Source of the DNA: a virus
Lineage: Duplodnaviria > Caudoviricetes
DNA: 63,275 nt
Reading direction: 5' to 3' (one strand)
IMG/VR virus record: IMGVR_UViG_3300027861_000023
Span: 1-63,275 of that record
The notes under the pieces are model-generated. The model did not search any database. It saw only the letters and a list, made by a program, of their open reading frames with translations, and was not told the origin of the DNA. Below, piece by piece: positions 1 through 10,100 of the stretch. The position numbers and the translations under genes are program-made. Position 1 is the stretch's first letter. Each line of letters opens with the position of its first letter.

Positions 1-150
1 GATGTAGTTACTGAAGATGTAGTTACTGAAGATGTAGTTACTGAAGATGTAGTTACTGAAGATGTAGTTACTGAAGATGTAGTTACTGAAGATGTAGTTA
101 CTGAAGATGTAGTTGCTGAAGATGTAGTTGCTGAAGATGTAGTTGCTGAA
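1..150 (+). repeat. 15-bp coding tandem repeat GATGTAGTT(A/G)CTGAA x10 (DVVTE x7, DVVAE x3)
   Basis: Read directly from the sequence. Confidence 0.98.
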
Positions 151-1101
151 GATTTAGTATTTCCTGATGATGAAGGTTTTGACCTATATAGAAGCGACAT
201 CAACTATGATACATTAACGGATAACGAGGTTGTTCTTGATGAGAATGAAGCTGCGTATATGGAAAAACTTATTCAAAAAAGAATAGCTTTAAGTAAAATG
301 CCAGACGTTGGAAGTTCAAATGCAGATGGGCGAGTAGAAATATTAAAATCTATTGCCAATGACAGCACTCTTACGGACAAAGAAAAAAAGGCTATATATA
401 GAAGATATAGATATATAGATGACCTTCATCATGATTATTTAGGTGATTTTAATAATTCTCCATATCAGATAAAAGCTAGAGAAATTTTAAAGTCTAATAT
501 GACTATACCTGAAATGGATAAAGCATTAAAAGATGCTGTTGATACATTAGATAGAAAAGAAAAAAAAAAAATCCCGCTAACAAAACCAGTGGATGATAGT
601 ATAGCTGTTTTAGAAAATTATGAAGGCTTTATAAACGGAAGTCCTACTGCTGATATTTTTACTAAATTAATTAAAGATAAAACATATTTTCTAGGAGCTA
701 AAGGAACAGGTAATTGGACTATGAAAGATGAAAAAAATGTGCAAACAAGTGTAGATAGTATCGATTGTTCTGGAGCAATATGTACTATTAGAAATGCACA
801 AGGAGGTAAATACGATCTTAATTACACTAATGCCAAAAAGTTTGTGGAGTTAGCGAAACAAAGAAATATTCCGATAGAATCAGCTAAAGATGGTAACCTA
901 ATACTTATGAATGTTGATGGGGATGGTATTGATCATATTGGTTTTATTGTTGTTGACGAAAATGGAAAAAAATACATAGCAGAGTCTTCTAGTTCGTATG
1001 GAGGAACAACAATAACGGAATTTGATAAGAGAATTGCAGACCTTACAAAAAGAAAACCAGAATTTAGTTACGAAATTGTATCAGATACCAAACAAAAATA
1101 A
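1..1101 (+). CDS. C-terminal part (5'-partial) of a virion ejection/cargo protein ending in an NlpC/P60-like cysteine peptidase (peptidoglycan hydrolase)
   Basis: Frame 1 is open from base 1 (DVVTE repeats) to TAA at 1099-1101, so the track's Met at 259 is internal. It has DSIDCSG (catalytic Cys) and DHIGFIV (His) motifs. Same protein sequence as the end of the ORF running off the window at 63275. Confidence 0.75.
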   Translation, partial: DVVTEDVVTEDVVTEDVVTEDVVTEDVVTEDVVTEDVVAEDVVAEDVVAEDLVFPDDEGFDLYRSDINYDTLTDNEVVLDENEAAYMEKLIQKRIALSKMPDVGSSNADGRVEILKSIANDSTLTDKEKKAIYRRYRYIDDLHHDYLGDFNNSPYQIKAREILKSNMTIPEMDKALKDAVDTLDRKEKKKIPLTKPVDDSIAVLENYEGFINGSPTADIFTKLIKDKTYFLGAKGTGNWTMKDEKNVQTSVDSIDCSGAICTIRNAQGGKYDLNYTNAKKFVELAKQRNIPIESAKDGNLILMNVDGDGIDHIGFIVVDENGKKYIAESSSSYGGTTITEFDKRIADLTKRKPEFSYEIVSDTKQK

Positions 1102-4100
1102 TGGATAAAGTAGAAAAGTTATACCAGTTATATTTAAAAGAAGGAATGATTTCTGAAGCAATTTCTTTAGAAAGATTTAGAAATATTACTCCAGATCAAC
1201 AAGCTTCTATATTGGAGGTATCAAGAAAAAGAAAATTAATTTCTCCAGAAACATCTTTAGAGTCTTTTCAAAGTATCTGGGGAAATACAATGCCTCAAGA
1301 ACAGCAAGTTATTAAAGCTCCTGAAGTTGTAGAGAATAATTCATTTTCTGGTAATTCTGACATTCAAGCAAGTTCTGGTGCTTTTCCAAAAGTAGATAAA
1401 GAGGCTATGAATTCTGATTTAATTAAAGAAGAAACCTCTGAAACTGTTACAGAAGGTGTTGAGTATGATGCAAGAGAAGATGAAAGCAGTGTGTTTAGGG
1501 AGAACATTATTATTGATAAAAACGCAACTCCTTTAGAGCGATCTTTAGCTTTTGTAAATGATGATTTGTTTAAAAGAGACGAAGGGCCTGTTGTTGAATT
1601 GTTAGACTATCATTTTCCATTTGAAGAGTATGGTTTCAAATTTGAGGAAAGTGGGATTTTGGATAATGTTACAGTAACTGCTCCCGATGGAGTTACTAAA
1701 GAAACATTTGGTATTGATTCTGGAGGAAAATTATTTTCATCATTTCAAGACAACTCTGAAGAGTCTAGAAAACTTAGAGACTTTATAAGAAATAATGCTG
1801 ATCAAGAGAAAAGAGACGAAGAAATTACTAAAAAGTATTTTTCGGTAGAGGCGATGAATTTTGACATAGATTTTTTTACAAAACAAAACAAACAGCTTAC
1901 AAAAAATGCTACTGATTATTTTGAAAGAAAAAAAATAAATGAAGCTGAACTAACAAGAATGAGAAACTCTCCAGGCACATTTACTCAACAAGAGTATGAT
2001 CTGCAAATTATGGAGAAAAATTATCTTAGAAATCAAGAGAATGTATTAAAAGATCAATACGAACAGTTCCAGGAAACAGCAGGTCAGTTAGACTTAACTA
2101 CTGGTAACTATGTCTTAATGAAAGAGAAGCAAGGTGAAGTAGTCACTACTGCTATTGGTGGCGCATACAACAAGTTTTTAGAGGGTACAAGCAGTATAAT
2201 ATCTACAGGTATTGGATCAGGACTAGATATATATTACGAGGCAGCACAAGCAGCGTATGGCAATGATTATGGTTATACTGAAGAGGAGTATAGAGATGAA
2301 TTTATAAGGGTTTACGAAGGGTATAAAGGATTAGAAGTTCCAGAATCAGCAAAAGAATCTAAAGAAGGGTTTGAGAAATGGACAGCAACCTTAAAAGATA
2401 GCGATGTTGATAGGGTTAAAGCTTCAGCTACTACAGCATCTAAAAGAGATGGTGTCAGAATAAACTATGATGCAGAAGGTCAGGTTATTGGTGAGTCAAC
2501 TCACAAAATGAGAGCAGAAACCGATGGCAATGGAAATTGGTTTGCATTTCCTACATTATTTCAAAACGAAGATGGAAGTTGGGATGACACATATGAGAAG
2601 CAGATTGAAAAATCTGAAAGAAATTGGAAGGGCGCTTATGAAGAGGCTAAAAAAAGAGGTGAGCTTGTAAGTTTTGGATCGGATGAAGAGGCGGCACTTG
2701 CGTATGCAGATGGTTCTTGGAAAGAAAATTACGGTGCAAAACAAACAGCTACATTGGCCTCAGCACAACCTACAGGAGACTTAGAAGGTAATATGTTTAC
2801 TGGTCAATATAAGGTTGTAAAAAACGATCCTAGATTACAAAACCTTAATTTTGATCAATACGACATAGCAAAAGGTGTAAAAATTCCTTTTGAATCAACT
2901 AGTATGATTGGCCAACCATTACTTCAATGGAATAGTCCTGAAGTGTGGAGTAAAGAGGAAGATGATTGGGTAAAAGCTCCAGGATCTTTTGGGGAGTCTA
3001 ATGTTTTTGATCAGGTTGATGCTTTAGTTGGAGACCAGAAAATAAAGGGTAAAAAAAATGCTGTAAAAGAAATCTCAAGAAACCTTCTTGTTGAAACTAT
3101 TGGCGCAGACAACGTAAGTAATCAAAGAATTGAGGCTCAGATGAATCAAGGTGGAGCAGCAGGTATTTTTGCAACTGGATATTACGGAGCATTTGAATCT
3201 GTACCAGCTTTATTACCAATGATTTATGGTGCAGTTAAAAATAGAAAATTAGTAAAACCTAAAGGGCCAGCAGGTAAAAGTTTAAAAGCTATTAAAGGTA
3301 GATTAATTCAATCTTTAAAAAACTATGCTACTGATGGATATCGCCAGACTTCTTTATTAGCCATGGCAGCTCTTCATTCAGACAAACTAAATGAGCAAAT
3401 GGAAAATAACCCTGAGTTTGAGTGGGTTACTGAAAATGAAAAAAAAGCTCTTATTCTACCATTAGCTACCACTTCAGCTATCTTAGAAACTTTAGGGTTT
3501 AGAATGCTTTTAAAGGGTACTTCTGGTACAAAAATATTAACTGGCATTACTACTGCTGCTTTAAGGCAATTGCCAAAAGGAGCAACTCCTGCAATGTTTA
3601 GAAGAGCAGTAGTTAATATAATGGACAATCAGTTTACAAGAAGAGTTGGTAAAACTGGTGTTGCTAAATTTATTAACAGAGCAACTCCTGGTGTGTTAGC
3701 AGAGGCTGAAACAGGTTTTTTTCAAGAATACACCGATATTGAAGGGAAAAACATATATAATGCTTTTAAAGGTAAGGAACTATTTAAAAATCCTGAAAGA
3801 TGGTCTGAAGAGTACTGGACTCAAATAGGTAAAGCCGCAGGAGCAGAGGCTGTGGGTGGTTTTGTTTTGGGAGCGCCAAGTTCTATAACCGCAGCATTTA
3901 CCTCTAAACAAAAAATTACTGAGGTTAATGAAGAGATGATTACGTTGTTTGACAAAATTTTTGTAAACAAGAATAATAGTCAAGATGATGCGGCTACAGC
4001 AATAAAAGCTTATGAGGCTAGTGTTCAGCAGAAAATGGATGAAGGTCTTATAAGCAGATCTCAAGGCGCAGATATGCTTAATGACTTTAGAACTTTACAG

Positions 4101-7100
4101 GCTGCGGCTACAGATGCAAATATAGCTACAGATTTAAATGAAAAACAAAAAGCTAAAGCCATAGAGTTGTTTTTCCAAAAAAGACAGCTAGAGGTTAAAA
4201 TGTCTCAAACAAACAAAAACCTTCCAGAGTATCAAGAACAACAAGAAATGCTTGAGCAAATTGAGTACAGCATTTCTTTGCTAGGAAAAAACCAGGCAGA
4301 TCAACAGTCTCAAAGAGAGATAGAGGAGCAAGGGATTGAAACCTATGTTGAGGTTACAGAAGAAGAGGTAATGGAGGCTTTAAAACAGGATGGCATTGAA
4401 GCTCCAACTGAGCAACAAAAGATAGATAAATCAGACGAACTAAAAAAAACAAAACAAAATGGCTTACAAGAGCAAAGCACAGAGGGAGTGGTTCAGGAAG
4501 AATCTGCCGAAGGTGGCGGAGAGGTGGGACAAACTGTACCCAGTAACGAGCAATCTACCAACGAGAGTACAGAAGAAACCGAAACCAATATTGAAGAGAC
4601 AGCCGAAGAGGAAGTAAGTCCTGAAGAAAAAATAGACTACAAACAGCAAGAAGTTGAAGAAAGAAAAAACCTTTCAGCGCTTCAGCAAAAAGGTAGAGAT
4701 TTAAAAATATTAGGAAAAAAACTAAGCAAAATATACGGAAATTTAATAACTGGTAAAACACAAGGTGATTTACAGGATAAATATGAGGCTGCTTCTGTTT
4801 TAAAAGAGAATGACAAAAAAATAAGCGAAAACGAAAAAGCTATAGATAACTCTAAAAGAAATATTCAAAAAATTAAAGCTGAAGCTAAAGAAAAAGCTAA
4901 AGCAGATAAAAAAGCTAAAAGAAAAAAAATAGAGGTTAAACCTGAAAAGGGGTTATCTGTAACTAAAAAGATTGAACAAAGATTAAAGACTATTTCAAAC
5001 CTTATAGGTCAAAAGAAAATATTAAATAGATTAAAAATATTTGAAAAATCTCCTCTTCCTCAAAATTATTTTAATCTTGGAAAAACAGAGGTAGAGCTGG
5101 TAGATGGTACTACTGTGAAAGTAAAAGATATAATGGATATGTCTTTTAAAGAATTTACAAACTTTGTAGATGGTTTAAATAAATCAAAACCTAAAGTAGA
5201 AGAAAATTATGAGAAATCATTAAAAGGATTGTCTTTAAAAGCATTAAAAGGTCTTAAAAATAGTGTTATTTCTAGTATAAATAAAGGTGAAAAAGAAGTT
5301 AGAGAGTTAGGTAAGAAATTTCTACCTAATTATAAGGGTAAATTAACTAAACAAGATAATGATAATTATACTGCTGCTTCAAATAAAATATTTAATTTAA
5401 AAAATAAACTTGATTTAATTAATAAGGCTATTAGTAAAATAGAATCAGAGCCTAAAGCAGAGCCTAAAGCAGAGCCTAAAGTAGAGCCTAAAGCAGAACC
5501 TAAAGTAGAGCCTAAAGTAGAAGAAGAAGTTGCTGAAGATGAAGAGGTAGATCAGCAGACAAAAGATGACCTTGACGAGTTTTTTGAAGGGCAATCTACA
5601 GAGCAAACAAAGTCTGAGCCTTCAATTAGTTTAAACCGATCTAAGGGTGAATTAAGATTATCTAAAACAGATCCAGTTAAAATAATCAAGGCTGTAAAAA
5701 AAGCTGCCAAAGCAATGATTAAAACTTTTCCTAGTGTAAAGTTTGTTTTGCATGATTCAACAGAGCTGTTTAGTAAAGCTACAAAAGGAAGAAGAGGTAG
5801 AGGTTATTTTGATCCAACTACAAAAACCATACACATAAACATGGAGACTGCTTCTGTGATTAGTGTTGGTCACGAGGTAACTCATGCTATTGCAAACCAT
5901 CTCATATCTACAGATGCAAAGGCAGAGGTTGTTTTTGATAAAGTTTTATCTAGTTTACAAAGAATATTAAAAGGTACAAATCCTGAGTTATTAGAAAAAG
6001 TAGAGAAATTTTCGAAAAGGTATTCAGACAAAACATTAAGAAGTGAAGAGGCGGCATCTGAATTGATGGGTATCTTATCTGAAAACTGGAGTAAACTAAG
6101 TAGACCAAAAAAGAACAAGATTATTGATCTTTTAGATCGTTTCTTCAAAAAGTTACGTATACCATCTCCTTTTAAAAACAACCTAAATAAAACTGATGAG
6201 GCTGTACTTGAATTTTTCAACACTGTTTCTAAAAAAATAAGAGAGGGAGAGTCAATAGCTATTGAGGATGTCAGTATTTTATCGGAGTTAGCCACTGAAG
6301 TTGAAGCCGAAGGAACTAACCCTATAGGTAATCCTACCGAAATAAACCCACCAAGAGCAGGGAGAGAAAGTAAAATTGACTTCAAAGATTCCTATGATAT
6401 GTCTTTGGTTACTCCTAAAAATAAAATAAACTTATCATCTTTAATAGAAAATATAATTAGTAATGATCAGAAAGTTTGGTTTTGGGTAGCTGATCAATTA
6501 GGTTTAGGAGATGGCATGGATGCAGGCCCTAGCTTTGCTTTGCAGCCTGAAAACATAAAGAAAAAAGCAATATGGGCTAGTGGGTTAGATAATAAAAAAT
6601 TAGAGAGAAACATTAGTGCAGCTGATTTTATATTTATTATTAGTGGCTCTCCAGAAACTAGTAAACTATTCAACAAAAAAGTATTTGATAAGTATACTGA
6701 TATCTTGGGTGATTATAACTCGTTTAAAAAGAAAGCATTAGAAACTAATCCTGTTAAGGCTATTAGAGAAACTTTACAAGAGTTTGATAGCTGGGCCGCA
6801 ATGAGAAAAAGTCCAAAAAGAAAAACTTTTTTAATAGCGGTAAATGTGCAATCGACAAAGCCTAACACTAAATTTCATAAATTAGTAAACACATTAGGAG
6901 GTTTTGTAGACCTTCAGTCTTTAAGAGATGGTTTTTACAGAGAAAATAATTTTGTTCAAAATGATATAATGTTGGTTTTAAAACCAACAGGTATAGGTGA
7001 AAAATCTAACCACTCTACATATTCTACAGATATATTAGGAGAGGTAGTAGGTGTTCCTGATATTAAATTAAATGCAGAGGAGATAATGCCTCAAGAAATT

Positions 7101-10100
7101 AAAGATAAAATAAAAGGTAAAAATGTCGCTGAAAAAACTTCAAGTATAGCTCCTTATGGTGGAGCAGTAGGAACTGCGGTAAAGAATATAACCAAACCTT
7201 CTAGAAAAGGTAGAGAGCAACTTCCAACACTTCAAGAAGTAGAAAGTAGAATAACTAACCGAGCAAGATTCATGAAGGTAGTTGAAGACTATGGCATGAA
7301 AAAAGAAGGGTACATGAGTTATAAATCAGATCTTGGGCCACTACAAAGAGCAGTTAGAGAATATGGCTTTAGAATAGAGACCAGGTATATAACTGAAGGA
7401 AAACGAAGAGGTACGCCAACTGGATACTTTCTTACTACAGGTAGAAATGCTGAAGGATTTCCTGTAATGTATAACCCTAAATTAAGAGAGTTAAAAACAT
7501 TAGAAGATCAAAAACCTAAAAGAAAAGGTAGAGAGCAAATGCTTGACAAAGAAAGTGAAGCAATTAAAATTGTAATGCTGGGTAGAGAAGAGGGTGGATT
7601 TACTGATTCAGAAATAAAATACTACTTAAAAAAGAGAGGCTTTAATGCTAAAGATATAAAAATAGCATTAGCTATTGATCCTGAATTGTTTCCTTCATTT
7701 CCAAAAAGCTTTGGTAATGTAATTGGTGGATTTAAGAATGGAGTAAAGTTATTGGCTAAAATAAATAAATTCCATAAAAAAGTAATAGAAGACAATAACA
7801 ACAAAAAGAAATATAAGCAGGAAAGTCTTAATAAATTAGTAAACAAGACTATTGAGTATATGTATACTACACCTGAATATAAAGCTTTAGGAGTAAAAGG
7901 TAGTAGAATGACATCTAAACAACAGGCTTTAGAGGTTGATTTGTTAGATTACTTATCTCCAGGAATTAAAACTTTTAATGGAGCAAGAGTTCGCGCTTTA
8001 AATAAGCAGATTAGAAACACTAAATTTAGTGAGAAAAATTTAAAAAGAATTCAAAGATCTTTAAGGTTGTACATAAGAACTGTAATGCCTAGAAATTTAT
8101 TAGGTAAAGCTGCCTATATAAAATTAATAGACAAAATAAATGCAGTAGACGAAACTAATTATGATGCTGTTGTTGCTGAAATTACCGATATAGCTACAGA
8201 ATTGGCTAATAAAAACCTAAATAAATCTATACTAGATATTTTAAATGAAACCTTTACAGAAATTCAATCAGGCAGGCTTAAAGGTGTTAAGGTAAGTCAA
8301 GAGGTTAAAGATAGAATATATAAAATAGCTCAAAACACTATAGGTTATGTTCCAGGGAAGAAGGGAAGTCAAGGAAAAATTCCAAATAAAGACACTGCTA
8401 AAAACTGGGACATTACTAATGAAGATATGGTTGCGCACTCAGAAATGTTAAGGCAAAAAATTAGAAGTCTTGAAACTGAAACCGTAATAATAAATGGAGA
8501 AAAGGTACTTGTCAACAAAAATTTTACAACTAAAGAGGCACGAGAAATTTCAGATTTAGCTGTAGCGCTTCAGTACAGCGAAGCTTTAGTTAGCTTTGCA
8601 AATAACGATCCTTTACAGACAAATGCACTTGAGCAGGTTTTATTTAACTTACAACAACTGCAAGAGTTTGGTATTTCTGGATTACAACTACAACTTTTAA
8701 GAAACGCAACAGCGTACATGAACAACGCCATAAATATATTGCAAGATATGGGCGTTATTATTAATCCTTTAAAAGAACTTGAAGCTGAAGGAAAAGAGAA
8801 TATTACTCAAGACGATGTTCTTAAAAAGTTTAAAGAGTTAAAAGAAAAAATACGAATTGATGCTGAAAGAGGAAGGGTTAAAAAGGTTGGTGTAAGGAAA
8901 AGATTAAGCTTACAGGTTAGTCAAATTGCTAAGTATGTTAATACAAAACTAGGTACAGCAGAAGATTTAACTGGTCTAATGGATAGAATTTCATTGTCTA
9001 CTGGAGATTTATTTGGTGGTATAACACAAGAGATTGTTACTAAAGAAGTTAGAAAAGCAAGCAGAATTTTTAAGGGAAGGATGCTTAAACATGAGTTAGA
9101 ATTTGGTATAAAAATGACTGAATTGTTTGGTAAAAAGTGGCTGAAAAAGAACAGACAAAACAACAGGCAGACAGATCAAATTATTATAAGTGAAGCAAAG
9201 CAAATTGTATTAGAAAATGAAAGAGACAGAATCTTAAAAGATAAAAAAATGTCTTCTGGAGAACAGCAAGTTTTGATTCAAGCAATTGATAAGGAGATCA
9301 ATAGTAATGTAAAAATGATATCTCAAAACGAGTTGCTGTATTTTAGAAATCAGGGGTTAGATCCATCTTTAAATGCTTCTTTTGAAGCTACTTTCAAGCC
9401 TACACCATTAACTGGTGACCTGGCTTATTTAAATAAAGAGTTTGACAACAAAAATGAATACACATCTAGGATACAAGAAGAAATAACCAAAAAAATAGAT
9501 CCTAAATTAATTGAGTTAGGAGACTGGATGGTAAGAGATTTTTATCCAAAACAATACGAGCATTATAATAACACTTATAAGGAAATATATAGAACTGATA
9601 TGCCTTGGAATCAAAATTATGCTGGTAGACTATATAGAGCATCAGAAACCGACATTGTAGGTTTAGATTTACTAGATATGCAAGGTAATCAAACCTGGAT
9701 TTCAAATGCTAATGCAGCGAGTACAAAATCTAGACAAGAGAGTAATAGTGCTATTATGCAGACAAATGCTGTAGATGCATTGTTAAATTATACTCGTGAC
9801 ATGGAATATTTTGCTGCCTACGCTATTCCAGTTAGAAATATTAATAAAATGTTTTCAGACAAAGCGGTAAAATCTGTTATTTCTGAAAAATTTGGAAAAG
9901 ATATAAATAGGTACATAAACGATCAAATTACAAAAATTGCAAACAAGGGTGCAAAACATCAAAAGGATGCTGGTTTAATTAATTTCTTCAATAATACTTT
10001 TTTATTATCTCGACTAGGTTTAAACCCAACATTAGTATTAAAGCAAATGACATCTTTCGTTACTTATGGTAATGATATTGGATACAATAACTGGTTAGCT

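Noticed and set aside
150-446. Diversity-generating retroelement (TR/VR pair) explaining the two end copies
   Set aside because: No reverse transcriptase is encoded. A is not confined to one copy at the variable sites, and two sites (T/G, T/C) have no A.
1-535. True direct terminal repeat or simple circular overlap
   Set aside because: The copies are not identical and lie mid-gene; the likelier physical end is the 25.3-26.0 kb region.
1857-1871. NFDID in the giant protein as a crAss-type virion RNA polymerase DFDID motif
   Set aside because: The first Asp is missing, the context is coiled-coil-like, and I see no other polymerase motifs. A structure search would settle it.
2556-9705. Minus-strand ORFs inside the giant gene, and similar shadow ORFs elsewhere (e.g. 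15726, 26986, 42338, 54242, 59389, 61789, 62689)
   Set aside because: They are antisense shadows of strong genes, with F/L/S/I-rich composition and no leaders or motifs.
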